Origin: an uncultured bacterium
Lineage (GTDB): Bacteria; Verrucomicrobiota; Verrucomicrobiia; Limisphaerales; UBA8199
Length of the DNA stretch: 64,000 bases
Assembly (NCBI GenBank): GCA_963749495.1
Contig: CAVVMW010000015.1
Coordinates: 160,001-224,000 of the forward strand
Direction of reading: 5' to 3'
The notes under the pieces were generated by a model that saw only the letters and a list, made by a program, of their open reading frames with translations, had not been told where the DNA came from and made no database searches. The position numbers were made by a program, and so were the translations under genes. This document shows, piece after piece, positions 33,333-44,976 of this stretch; the stretch's first letter is position 1, and each line of letters begins with the position of its first letter.

Positions 33333-36300
33333 ATGCACTTAAGTCGGCCAACTGGTTCGGCGCCAACCAACCTCCCTTTTTGGGATGAATTGGATGACAC
33401 CCAATTTGAGGAGTACTGCACGGCCTTCCTGAATCTCAACCCTGTTATCCGGTGTGAGCGCGGCGGAAAGGTGGCCGAGGTGAGAATTCTCTCGGCCCTG
33501 CGGCAACTGACCGGCCAGCCGCAGGACGGGGCCGATATCCTTGCGAGAGCGGAGAACGGCGAACAATGGCTGTTCCAGTGCAAGCGCGAGAAGAGTTTCG
33601 GCGCAGCCGACGTAAAGGAAGCGGTTCGAAAGGCGGAATCCGGCTTCCGGGTGAGGGACCAATACGTGTTGGTGGTCACCTGCGGGCTGAGCACTGCCGC
33701 GCAAAAGGAAATTGACGACCGGCCGAAGTGGATGTTCTGGGATGCGGCCCGGCTCACGACCGAAACCTCCAAGCTCAAACCACGAGACGGCAGGGCCCTC
33801 GTCCACCGTTTTTTTCGAAAGGACTGGGCAAAGCGTCTATTTCCCTGGGGCGATGAACCACTGCAGACCTGGCAGGAATTCTTTGAATGGGATCTTTCTA
33901 ACGACCGTGCCTACTTCCACCACCGCGCCGACTATGTGGCGCTCGGAGACACGCTCGAGAGGCTTGAGAGCTTCGCCCGCCGAGGCGCGGGGAGGGCCTT
34001 GGTTCTAAGCGCGGCCGGCGGACAGGGCAAGAGCCGGGTGATTTTGGAACTGGCGAGGCGCTTGGAAAGTCCGCCCAAGCCATTGGCTGTGAGATTTCTG
34101 AATCCTGGGGTGAGCGGCCTCACGGAGGAGCAGGCTGATTTGCTGGGCAGTGAAGAGCAGGACCTGCTGCTCATCGTGGACGACGCCCATCGTCTCGATG
34201 CTGTGCTCGGGGATGTCGCTCGGGCGGCCGCGAAAGCCGGGACCGTCCGGTTGCTCGTAGCGACCCGTCCACACGCTTTGATAGCCGTGACCAGTCTTCT
34301 CTTCAAGAATGGTTATGAAGAGCGCCTGGAGGAGCCGCTGCGCATGAGAGGCTGGCGCTCCGAGGATATCCATAAGCTGGCTGAGCACATTCTTGGTCCG
34401 GGCCGGCAGCGGCAGGCGGCCCATCTGGCTGCCTTGGCGGACAAGTGCCCGCTGCTCGTGGTCATTGGAGGGGGGCTGATCAACGCGGGCTTCTTGCCCC
34501 ACGCAATGACCGATCACGATACTTTCCGGCAGCGGGTCTTCAGAGGGTTCAAAGAGGACTTTCTGGGCGGGCAGCCTGAGCCCGCCCGCAAGAGAATGGA
34601 CCGCCTGATCCGGTTCCTCTCTCTGGTTTCGCCAGCACCAGGAAATGAGCTTCTGTTCACCAAAGCGGCCGAGGTTATCGGCTGCCTGCCATTGGACGCC
34701 GCGGAGGATTTGGAGGCGCTCAAAGCGGCACGCCTGGTGCTGGAGAACCGGGAAGGCGCCCGGCTTTATCCGGACCTGTTCGCCGACGCGGTCCTGCTCG
34801 ACACTTGCTTGGACTCGAGCGGCGAGGCTTCGCGTTTCATTCGGACCGCCCTGGACAAACTGTCATTCACGGATTTTCCGGCGCTCATGCGCAATGTCGC
34901 CCAGGCGGATTGGGAGGCCCGCTCGAAAAAGGGGGCCAAGGGTTCGTTGTTCGATCCAATCTGGGGGGAATTCGTGCGCCGGTTCGAACAATCAGATTGG
35001 CCCCCGCCTGATGAGAATCTCAGGCGGTTCATGGAATGGTCGTTTGATGAAAACCCGGCTCCGGGGCCGTCCGCCCCCGATCGCGACGATCTCGTCAGCG
35101 CCTGGGCCGGCTTTGCGATCTATTTGCCGGAGAAGACACTGGAACTGGCGGAGATGGCGCTGCGGAGTGCCGGCGCCAGCGGCAGCGTTCCGACCCCGGC
35201 AGCGAAAGTCGCGCCCGCTACCCGGGCACGACTTTCTGCTGCGCTCACGCCGCTCCTTGTGCCCGTAGCAACCTGGCATCCCGGGTGGGCCGAGCAGGCT
35301 CTGGACATGCTTTGGTCGCTCGACGCTGATCCGCCAGTCGCCCACCAGACTTCGGTCGCGAATCCGATCTCGGCCATCGCGGACGCAGGACGCTTTGCGG
35401 CCGATAAGCCACTGAGTTCCTCGGAAAGGGTGATCGGCTGGCTGGAAAGGAAACTCCAGAATCCCGAGGCGGTCGAGCGGCTCCGTCGGCAGCCCTGGAT
35501 CCTGAGCGCAGTGTTGAAACCATTCTTCGCCCGGCTTGTCGAACGCAGTTGGACCGGTGCGGAAACCGTTACGTTCAGCACGTCTCTGGTCGCTGTCGGA
35601 GCAACCCGGGCCGTTCGCCGCCGGGCGCTTGCCCTCGGGGAACGGTTCCTTTGCTCCAGCGAGGAATCGCTGGCCAGCGCTGCAGTGCCGGTTCTGCGCG
35701 AGGCCATTGGCGGGATTGCAGGCAAATTCCGATTCGAACCGACCGCGGAGCATTACGAACTCTGGAAGGCAGATCGCTTGGAGGCGCTTTCTCTTCTCCG
35801 GCGGGCCATAGCCGCGCAGAGCAAGTCGCCGCTACTGCTGTTTCAGATCCGTCGGCTGCTGTTCGACCGCATCCAGTATGACGCCGATGCCGCAGTTGTC
35901 GAGAGATGCAGGGAGATCTTAGCCGAAGTGCCCGATAGCTTTGAACTGCAAGTTGCCCGCGCCCTGGCTTCGTGGGCCCATGACGAAATCCATGTGACCC
36001 CAGGGCCTGACTCAAGGGCTCAGGCCGAGGATGCCCAGAGGCGGTGGAGTGAGTTCTGTCGGGAAGTCGCACAGGAGGCTTCCAACCGCCACACTGACGC
36101 AAAGGCGTTTTGCGCGTTCCTGACAGATTGGTTCAAGGCGTTGTCCAGGAGCGGATTCTCAGCCCAGGCACAGGTGCTGATAGAGCCCGTCGCGGCGCTG
36201 TCCAAGACCTGGTCCGCGTCCCTGTTGGATGAGTTCGTCGCTTCCAGCGATCCCACGTTGGACCGCTTCCTTTGGGCGGCCCTCCGGGGGGCGAAAGGCG

Positions 36301-37353
36301 ATGCGGACGAGCATTACCTGAAGGCTCTTGAGGAGCTGGCCGCTCGGGGGCGCCCTGAGCAGGTCTGTTCGCTCATTATCTTTCTGCAAGGCCAGGCATT
36401 GCAGAGCGGCGGGCTTAACCAGGCCGAGCGTGACACTCTGCTGGCACTGAGCCGCCGGACGGAGGAGGATGTGGTTTGCGCCATCGCCAATGCGTCAGGG
36501 CTCGCATTGAGCAGGGAACCCTCATGGGCTTTGGAGTTGCTCAGCGGGCTGAAGCCGAAGGAGAAGGGAGGCCAGGCAGCGGTAATCGAAGCCCTCGCTC
36601 GCCTGGCCGAAGATCACGCCGCCGTCTTGGAGGCAGGGCTCGATTGCCAAGTGCCTCGACAATCTCGGGGCCTACTTGGCCGAGGATATCGACGAGCATC
36701 GTGATTTGCAGGTTCTCGCCGGGAAGTTTCCCGAGCAGGTGTACCAGTGCATGCGCCATCTCCTCGACAAGGTCGAAGGCGTGGGTGACGCCCTTGCGGC
36801 GGCAGAGCTTTTCAATGGATACATTCCCTTGGGCCGTATCGAAGATAAGACCTACGTGGCGCGGGAGGTTGAGGGACAATGGTCGAAGGCGCTGACCGGG
36901 GGCCGGGGCGCCCGGGGGCGCCTGTTTCTGGCACGTTCGCTCATTTGGTCCACACCGGATGCCGCTCGCGGCTTCCTCGCGCGTTTCATCGGGCAGGCCG
37001 CCACCCCCGAAGAGTTGAAGCTCGCAGCCAAGCTGGCTGCGCCTCAAGGTTCTGATTTTGTTTTCCGTTTTCCCGATCTCGTGCGCGAACTACTGACGCG
37101 CAGCCAGGAGCTCGGGGTCAGCAACGAGGTTCATCGCACGCTGTGGCTCGCTGCCGGCGGCGGTGTCCGTAGTTACACCGAAGGCCGCCTGGATCCGGAG
37201 TTTCGCTATATCTCGGAGCGGGCCGAAGATCTCGCAAGGCGCTATGAGGGCGACCCCCTGTTGGCCAGCTTCTATCGCAGCGCAGCCGAATCGGAGATCG
37301 AGAGCCAAAAGGCTCTGCAACGGGCGTGGGAGGAAAGAGAGGAAGAACTCTGA
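33333..37353 (+). CDS. Mrr-like endonuclease + STAND NTPase + helical repeat protein (Avs-like, ~1340 aa); +1 frameshift at ~36637
   Basis: QFEEYC..QDGADILA..WLFQCKR nuclease; Walker A AAGGQGKS; Walker B LLIVDDAH; joins ORF 36676-37353 (EAGSIAKCLDNLGAYLAED). Confidence 0.85.
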
Positions 37354-37392
37354 TTAGCCTCCCTCCTGTTGAACCCCGGGCGTGACGAGCGC

Positions 37393-38484
37393 CTATTTGG
37401 GTTGCTCGACGGGAAGAGGTATGAGCACCGGGATGCGGTCCTTGAAGGCGGGGATGGGCGGGCCATCGCCTTCGGGATTGTCCAGGTAGTAGAAACCGAG
37501 CGTGGTGTAGTGATTGGGGAACGGTTTGCGATCTTCGTCCCAACCGCCCCGCCCGTGTTCCAGCGTAAAAAGGAGACTCTGTTTGAAGGGCACGGGATCC
37601 TGGATGTGCCAGCGGTAGCAGGTGTTCAAGATGCCTCGCTTCTCCCCGCCTTTGGTGTTGTTGTCGTAATAGGGCACGCCAAAATAGGGGGCCCAAAACG
37701 CCTTGCCAAAATCCCAGGCCCCGCAGAAGTAGTCCTCGCTGCCCGTGCCGCTGATGACCGGCTTCTCGGAACCGTCCACGTACCAGTAATCGTTGCCCTC
37801 GCCCCACCAGCCATCGCTGTTGGCCATCACGGAGATGAAGGTCCCCACGAAATGGCCGGCGCCCTTGGTCTCGCAAATCGTCAGCGGCTTGCCGACGGGG
37901 GCGGGAAAGTAGGTGCGATACTGGGTGTGAAAATAGCGCGCATCCGGTTGGGGATCCGATTCCAACCGATAGTCAATATTGAAGTAAAAATTATTGACCC
38001 GCCGCTCACCCTCGTTGGCAACCGCGAGCACGGCATGCTTCTTGAAGGGCATCGGCCAGTAACAGTTCAGGGCATTGCGAGAGCCAATCGCCACGGGCGC
38101 GCTCTGGAACTCGACATACTTGCCGTGGCCCAGGGCAAAAAAGTCACCCATCGGGCACTCGACGGCTGGACGGGCCGCGTCGTCCCAGGTCATGCGCAGC
38201 ACCAGTTCCCGCAGGTGTTCGGGCGAAGGCGAAGCGATCGTGAACCAGATGTGCGTGATGCGGCCGCTGCCGTTGACATCCATCAGCGTGAGGGTCTGGC
38301 CGGGATCGATGCGCCGAGAGTCGCCGTTTCGTCCTTTGGGGTCGGTGCTCGAAGCGCGCGAGGCCGAAAAGTCCTTCTTGGACGCAAGATCAGCCGGGAC
38401 CTGGGCCACGGCCGTGAATGGCAGCAGCGCGATCATTGCCGCGCTTGGAATGAGCCTTCTTAGAGTGTTGGTTTTGGTAGTCAT
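37393..38484 (-). CDS. DUF2961 / glycoside hydrolase family 172 protein, secreted
   Basis: GRITHIWFT, NCYWPMPF, WWGEGND, GTGSEDYF, YRWHIQDPV. Confidence 0.92.
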   Translation of the reverse strand: MTTKTNTLRRLIPSAAMIALLPFTAVAQVPADLASKKDFSASRASSTDPKGRNGDSRRIDPGQTLTLMDVNGSGRITHIWFTIASPSPEHLRELVLRMTWDDAARPAVECPMGDFFALGHGKYVEFQSAPVAIGSRNALNCYWPMPFKKHAVLAVANEGERRVNNFYFNIDYRLESDPQPDARYFHTQYRTYFPAPVGKPLTICETKGAGHFVGTFISVMANSDGWWGEGNDYWYVDGSEKPVISGTGSEDYFCGAWDFGKAFWAPYFGVPYYDNNTKGGEKRGILNTCYRWHIQDPVPFKQSLLFTLEHGRGGWDEDRKPFPNHYTTLGFYYLDNPEGDGPPIPAFKDRIPVLIPLPVEQPK

Positions 38485-38627
38485 TTCGGCGGGTATCCTA
38501 ACCGGTTTCGAGGCGGCGTCAACTCTTGGGCCGCCTTGGCCATTGATCTCGCCCAATTGCGTTTTGCCTTGGCTTGACGGGGCAATCTTGCGATGCTGCC
38601 AGGACAGTTGACGCGCAAGACGCAGCG

Positions 38628-39362
38628 GTGAACGGTGACGTTTCAAAACCTTTGGGTCAATTTTGCACCACACGGTGGAGCGTGGTGTTGCTGGCCGGGC
38701 AGGAGGGGTCGCCGGAAAGTGCGGCGGCACTGGAAAAGTTGTGCCGCACTTACTGGCAGCCGGTTTGTGGTTTCGCCCGGCGCAAGGGCTGGAGCGAAGA
38801 AGATGCCAAGGACCTGACCCAGCAGTTTTTTGCGCTCCTGCTCGAACGCAAGGATTTCAGCGGACTTGATCCGCGGAAGGGGAAATTCCGGACGTTTCTG
38901 CTGGCGGCGTTCACGCATTTCATGGCCAACGAACACGACCGCGCCAACGCGCTTAAACGCGGCGGCGGGCAAATCATCATTTCGCTCGATCAATTTCCGA
39001 CCGGAGAATTGGATGGAGTTTCCCCGGCGCAAGAACTCTCGCCGGCAACACTCTATGACGTGCGCTGGGCGCAGACGATTTTGACGGCCGCCTTGCAGCA
39101 ATTGAAGGAGGAAATGTTCAGCGCGGATAAACAAGGTCAGTTCGATGTATTAAAGCAATTCTTGACGATCGCTGCCGCTCCGGGGGGATACGCCGTCGCC
39201 GCCCAAGCCCTGGGCGTGGAGGTTTCGTCCGTGCCGGTCCTGGTGCACCGGTTGCGTCAGCGATACCGGGAGTTGGTGCGACAGGAAGTGGCGCAAACCG
39301 TCACCAGCCCGATCGAACTGGAGGAGGAAATGCGGCATTTGTTTGCCGTGCTCAACCAATAG
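38628..39362 (+). CDS. ECF-type RNA polymerase sigma factor (kinase-associated type)
   Basis: FCTTRWSVVL, ALEKLCRTYW, KGKFRTFLL, VHRLRQRYRELVRQEV. Confidence 0.92.
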   Translation: MNGDVSKPLGQFCTTRWSVVLLAGQEGSPESAAALEKLCRTYWQPVCGFARRKGWSEEDAKDLTQQFFALLLERKDFSGLDPRKGKFRTFLLAAFTHFMANEHDRANALKRGGGQIIISLDQFPTGELDGVSPAQELSPATLYDVRWAQTILTAALQQLKEEMFSADKQGQFDVLKQFLTIAAAPGGYAVAAQALGVEVSSVPVLVHRLRQRYRELVRQEVAQTVTSPIELEEEMRHLFAVLNQ

Positions 39363-39387
39363 CGCGAGCCGCCGGGCCATCTTTCCC

Positions 39388-39422
39388 GTAATCGCCGGCG
39401 GCATTTGCTTCTTAAATAGGTG
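39388..39422 (+). promoter_or_regulatory. Candidate ECF promoter, copy 1
   Basis: GTAATC-N13-GCTTCTTAAATAGGTG, 17 bp before the kinase start. Confidence 0.65.
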
Positions 39423-39439
39423 TAGGCCGGGACTATTCG

Positions 39440-42400
39440 ATGATGAGCGCGGAAAAGAGATGTCCGACGTGCGGATCAGAAATCTCCGCCGGCGCCGTTG
39501 ACGGGCTGTGCTTGAGATGTCTGGGGCGGCTGGGATTTCTTTCGGAAACCGGCGAACCGGGACACGGCGTGCTGTTGCGGTTGGGTGATTACGAGTTGCT
39601 CCAGGAGATTGCGCGCGGCGGGATGGGCGTGGTTTATCGCGCGCGCCAATTGAGCTTGAACCGCATCGTCGCATTGAAGGTGGTTTTGCACGGCCCGTTT
39701 TCCAGCGCGGATTTCGTGCGGCGGTTTCGCCACGAAGCCCAAGTGGTGGCCGCGCTGCGCCATCCGAACATCGTGGCCATTTACGAGGTCGGCGAGCACC
39801 ACGGCAACCATTTTCTTTCGTTGGAATTCGTCGAGGGCCGGAGCTTCGCCGAGCTGGCGCGCGAACGGCCCTTGCCGGCAAAACGGGCGGCGGGCTATCT
39901 CAAGATCATCGCCGAGGCGGTGGAACACGCGCATCAACGCGGGGTATTGCACCGCGATCTGAAGCCGTCCAACATCTTGCTGGATGTGTTCGATCAGCCG
40001 CGCGTGACCGATTTTGGCCTGGCCAAATTGGCGAACAGCGACCTGGGATTGACGGTCGCCGGACAGGTTGCGGGTTCGCCCAATTATATGCCGCCCGAAC
40101 AGGCGGCGGGCAAATTCTCCGACAACACCGCGCAATCGGATGTCTATTCGCTGGGCGCGATTCTGTATGAACTGCTCACGGGCCGTCCGCCGTTCCAAGG
40201 TGAGAGCCTTCAAGCCATCCTCGCCCAGGTGCAGAACGCGCAGCCGGTGCCGCCGCGCCGGCTGAATCCCGGCACGCCGGAGGATGTGCAGACGATCTGC
40301 CTTACGTGCCTGCAACGGGAGCCGGCGCGCCGTTATGCCTCGGCTCAGGCACTGGCCGATGACCTCGGACGTTTTCTCGAAGGCAAACCGATTCTTGCCC
40401 GCCCGGTCTCGCCCCTGGAACGGGCGTGGTTTTGGTGCCGGCGCCGGCCCTTATTGGCCGCGATGACCGGCGGATTGGTGGCGGTGGTGCTCTTGGGAGT
40501 GGCGGGAATCCTCTGGCAGTGGCGGCAGGCGGAATCTCACGCGCAAGGCGAATCCAGGCAACGGCTGATTGCGGAGCAGGACGCGGCGGAAACACGCCTC
40601 AATCTTTACGCGGCGGACGTGGCCGCCGCTTCGCAGGCGATACAGAATGGCAATCTGGGCCTGGCGCGGCGCACGTTGGAGGGCTTGCGTCCGAAGCGTG
40701 GAGAAACCGATTTGCGCGGTTTCGAGTGGCGCTACATCTGGCATCTTTGCCGCGGCAACCAACTGGCGGCGCTCAAGGGACATGAACGAACCGTGACGTG
40801 CACCGCGTTTTCGCCCGACGCAAAGCGCCTCGCCACCGGCAGCCAGGACGGCACGGTCAAGATTTGGAACCCGGCCAACGGCGAAGTGATTACGACGCTA
40901 AAAGTGACCAGCAACGCCGTTTGGTCCGTCGCCTTTACGCCGGACGGCAAAGACTTGATGACGGGGTGCCCTGAAACCGTCGAGTTTTGGGACACGGATT
41001 CGTGGCGGGTGCGGACCAATTTCCCCGGCGAACTGGCTGTGCTTTCGAAGACCGGGACCTTCCTGGCGACGGCGCAATCAAGTCCGTTTTTCTGGGAACC
41101 GGCGGGCGCGGCAAGCTTTTGGAACTGGCGCACGGGACAATTGCTCCGGCGTTTCGAACAGCCCGGACGCGCGCTGGCGTTGTCATCCGATGCCCGCCTG
41201 CTGGCCATCGCCGGCACGAACAGCGGCATCAGGGTGTGGGATACGGCCACTGGAAAACAGGCCTGCGAATGGCCGACGAAAAGTCCGGTCTGGGCGCTGA
41301 GCTTTTCCCCGGATGGCCGCGAGCTTCTCTCCACCGGTTGGTTGAGCGAGGTTTCGATTTGGAAACTGGAAGGCCCTTGGCCGCCGCAGGTTCTTTCCGG
41401 CCACCGGCTTCACGTCTGGTCGGCCGTGTTTTCCCAAGACGGCGCGACCATCGCCTCGACCAGCTCAGACCAAACCGTGCGTCTGTGGGACGCGGCCACG
41501 CTCGAACCGAAATCCATTTTGCACGGGCACGGCAGCGAAGTCTGGTGCGCGGCTTTCAGCCCTGATGGCAAGCTGCTGGCCACGGGCGGCAAGGACCAAA
41601 ACGTCATGCTGTGGCAGGCCACGGCGGCCGGCGCGCAAAATGAGTTGCCCCACGAAATGGATTTTCGCCCCATCTTCTCACCGGACGGAAAGTGGCTGGT
41701 CACGGTCAACCCCGACTCCCACAAGTGCGTGTTGTGGCAGGCAGACACCCAGGCGCCGGTTGCCCAAAACCTCGCCGACGGCAGACAGATCGTCGGGTTT
41801 TCACGCGACGGGGAATGTGTCGCGACGTTCGACAGCGACAACTTGAGGTTGAAATACTGGCTGCCCGCCGGCGCGGTTCCCGAACGACAAACCGCCCTGG
41901 AAGCAGTGACGACGAACAAGACTGCCTTCGTTTACCTGGGCATGTCGCCGGAGCAGGGGTTTTTCTTTGCGATCGCCACGACGGGATGGGTCCACGTTTG
42001 GAACACGGACACGGGAGGTTTGTTGCGCAGCTTAAAAGGCCCCGTTCCACGCATTCGCAATGCAGTGCTCTCGCCACATGGCAAACACATCGCCGTGTGT
42101 GTCGAGCGGGAAAACGTGGCGCGGCTTTACGACTGCGCCACCGGCGCGGAACGGCCGCTGGCCGGCCATCGCGATTTCGTGAGCGGGCTGGCTTTTTCGC
42201 CCGATGGCTTGACCCTCGCCACCGGCAGCATGGACGGAACCATCCGATTGTGGAACGCGGTCGACCGGAGAAACCATGGCGTTGCTGCGCGGTCACATGC
42301 AGGAGACGACAGATGTCGCTTTTTCGCCGGATGGCCGGACGCTGGCCTCCTTGGGACAGAATGAATCGCTGAAACTTTGGCACTTGCCGACGTTGCGCGA

Positions 42401-42521
42401 GGTGGTTTCGGAAAATGAGCCGCACGCGGGCCTCTGGCTGCGCTTTTCGCCGGATGGGCGCAAATTGGCCGTCGAAACCGGCGCCGCCAAACTTCGCCTG
42501 CTGGCCGCGCCGACGGAATGA
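39440..42521 (+). CDS. Ser/Thr protein kinase with TM helix and WD40 repeats; +1 frameshift at ~42260
   Basis: ARGGMGVVY, HRDLKPSN, DFGLAK, YMPPEQ; GH..V...FSPDG repeats; continues in ORF 42276-42521. Confidence 0.93.
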
Positions 42522-42605
42522 ACCGGCACCGCGTTTTTGCGCAACCGGTCAGTGAACGCGGAGACGGAGTCCCCGGAGGCTCCCTCATGCAGGGAAAGAG
42601 ATTTT

Positions 42606-42640
42606 GTAATCCCCCGCCTGCGCCGCTTCTTATATAAGTG
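42606..42640 (+). promoter_or_regulatory. Candidate ECF promoter, copy 2
   Basis: GTAATC-N13-GCTTCTTATATAAGTG upstream of the 42697-49022 secreted-protein run. Confidence 0.65.
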
Positions 42641-42696
42641 AGGGCTCCTGCGGCCTCGTGGATAAGGGCGCGCGCACCCTCGCCAACACAAAGCTT

Positions 42697-44958
42697 ATGA
42701 GAATCATACTTGCCTTCATGAGGTCCAAACTCCATCGCGGATTCATCGCGCCGGCGATGCTGGCGCTTTCAACCTTCGGTTTTCAACTCTCGACGGCCCA
42801 GGCTCAAGGCACGGCGTTCACCTACCAGGGCCAACTCACCGCGAGCGGCGCTCCCGCCAGCGGGACCTACGATTTGAGTTTTGCGGTCTATGACGCCGCC
42901 AGTGCCGGCACTCTTGGCGGCACCCTGACCAACGCGGCCACACCCGTCACCGGCGGCCTGTTCATGGTGACGCTGGATTTCGGCGCCGGGATATTCGATG
43001 GCACGCCGCGCTGGCTGGAAATCGCGGCCCGCACCAACGGCAGCGGGGCATTCACCGTGCTGGCGCCGCGCCAGCCGCTCACGGCGGCGCCCTACGCCTT
43101 GTATGCGCCCAATGCCGGCAACGCCGCAACGGCGTCAACGGCAGCCACCGTGGGTCCCAACAGCGTTGCGCCCGCCCAACTCAACACGGCCGGCTTGCCC
43201 GCCAGCGGCCAGGTGCTCGCCTACAACGGGAGCGGCCTGGTCTGGACCAATCCCCCCGCTGGCTCCTCCTCCTCCGGCTGGTCGCTGACTGGCAACAGCG
43301 GCACGACACCGGGTCTTGATTTCCTGGGCACCACCGACAATCAACCGCTGGATTTGTGGGCCGGCAACTCGCGCGGGTTGCGGCTCCAATACGCCACCGC
43401 CGCCAGCAGCTTTCCCTCCCTGGAGTGGCATGAGTCGGGCGTGAACGTCATCGGCGGTTACGCCGCGAACTATATGCCGGGCAGCGTCGTCGGCGGCACC
43501 ATCGCCGGCGGCGGCTACAGGTATTGGGGCATTCTTTCCGGGTCCACCGACTACACCAATTCCGTGACCGACAGCTTCGGCACGGTGGGCGGCGGCTACG
43601 GCAACACGGCTGGCCCGGGCGCCACGGTCCCGGGCGGCTATAACAACATCGCCACGGGCGACGGCAGTTTTGCCGCCGGACGCAACGCGCAGACGACCAA
43701 CTCCGGCTCGTTCGTCTGGAGTGACGGGTCGCAAACGGCCACCAGTTCAGGGGTCAATTGTTTCGATGTTTGGGCTGCGGGCGGGGTGTTTTTTCATACC
43801 GGCAACAGCCTTTTAGCCGGCCTCAACGTTGACCCAAACAATCTGAACATTGGGAACGTCTATTCCAATGCCTTGACCTTTGGCACAGCCAGCGGTGAGG
43901 GCATCGCGTCCAAACGCAACGGCGCCAATGGTTCCTGGGACTTGGAGTTCTACACCGACTTCCAAAATCGGATGACCATTTCCCAAGATGGCAACGTGAA
44001 CGTCGGCAATCTAACGATCAGCGGCAATTTGAATCTGCCTGCCGCCGCCACCATTTCCTCGGGCGGCAACAGCCTTTTCGCCGGCCTGAGCATTGACCCA
44101 AACAATCTAAACGTAGGGAATGTCAAAGCCGATGCCTTGACCTTCGGCGGTGCGTCCAGCGGCGAAGGCATCGCCTCGGACCGCGGCGGCGCCGCTCCTA
44201 AATGGGACTTGGAATTCTACACCGACTACACCAATCGGATGACCATTGCCCAGGATGGCAATGTGGGCATCGGCACCACGAGCCCCACCGAAACCCTCGA
44301 AATCAACGGCACCAGCCGCATCGATGACAACGACCTGTACTTCCGCGCCGGGAGCAACCGCAATCACGGGATGGGTTATCGCGCGACGGTTTCGGCTACC
44401 GGGGTCGATGGTCCGTTCCTCTACGGCTGGAGCGGCGGCGCCCTGGGGACTCCGTCCCCGGAGTCCGTCGCGCTGCGGTGGGATCGCCAAGGCAATGTCG
44501 TGGTGCAAAACAACCTGTCGACGGCGACGCTGACGATTCGCGGCGGCGGGGACGTCGCAGAGCCGTTCCTGGTCACCGGCAGCCAGGTCGAGCCGGGCAC
44601 GGTCATGGTCATTGACGAGGCGAACCCGGGCCAACTCCGCCGCAGCACCCAGGCCTACGACACCCGCGTGGCGGGCATCATCAGCGGGGCGGGCGGGATC
44701 AAACCCGGGCTCTCGCTGCAGCAGGATGGCGTGCTGGATCAGGGCCAGAAGGTGGCCCTGAGTGGCCGGGTTTATGTGCTGGCGGACGCGAGCGCGGGCG
44801 CGATCAGGCCCGGCGACTTGCTCACGACCGCGGCAACGCCGGGTTGCGCGATGAAGGTGAGCGACCACGCGCGCGCCCAAGGCGCCATCCTGGGCAAAGC
44901 AATGACCGGTTTGAAGGAGGGCAAGGGCCTCGTGCTGGTGCTCGTCACCTTGCAGTAA
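42697..44958 (+). CDS. Secreted fibre/adhesin-like protein with chaperone-like C-terminus
   Basis: QGTAFTYQGQL N-terminal domain, GGG..N repeats, GNVGIGTTSP, C-terminal DVAEPF..GDLLTT..ILGKAM; alternative start 42718. Confidence 0.85.
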   Translation: MRIILAFMRSKLHRGFIAPAMLALSTFGFQLSTAQAQGTAFTYQGQLTASGAPASGTYDLSFAVYDAASAGTLGGTLTNAATPVTGGLFMVTLDFGAGIFDGTPRWLEIAARTNGSGAFTVLAPRQPLTAAPYALYAPNAGNAATASTAATVGPNSVAPAQLNTAGLPASGQVLAYNGSGLVWTNPPAGSSSSGWSLTGNSGTTPGLDFLGTTDNQPLDLWAGNSRGLRLQYATAASSFPSLEWHESGVNVIGGYAANYMPGSVVGGTIAGGGYRYWGILSGSTDYTNSVTDSFGTVGGGYGNTAGPGATVPGGYNNIATGDGSFAAGRNAQTTNSGSFVWSDGSQTATSSGVNCFDVWAAGGVFFHTGNSLLAGLNVDPNNLNIGNVYSNALTFGTASGEGIASKRNGANGSWDLEFYTDFQNRMTISQDGNVNVGNLTISGNLNLPAAATISSGGNSLFAGLSIDPNNLNVGNVKADALTFGGASSGEGIASDRGGAAPKWDLEFYTDYTNRMTIAQDGNVGIGTTSPTETLEINGTSRIDDNDLYFRAGSNRNHGMGYRATVSATGVDGPFLYGWSGGALGTPSPESVALRWDRQGNVVVQNNLSTATLTIRGGGDVAEPFLVTGSQVEPGTVMVIDEANPGQLRRSTQAYDTRVAGIISGAGGIKPGLSLQQDGVLDQGQKVALSGRVYVLADASAGAIRPGDLLTTAATPGCAMKVSDHARAQGAILGKAMTGLKEGKGLVLVLVTLQ

Positions 44959-44976
44959 CTGGAAAGGAAGCGCTAT

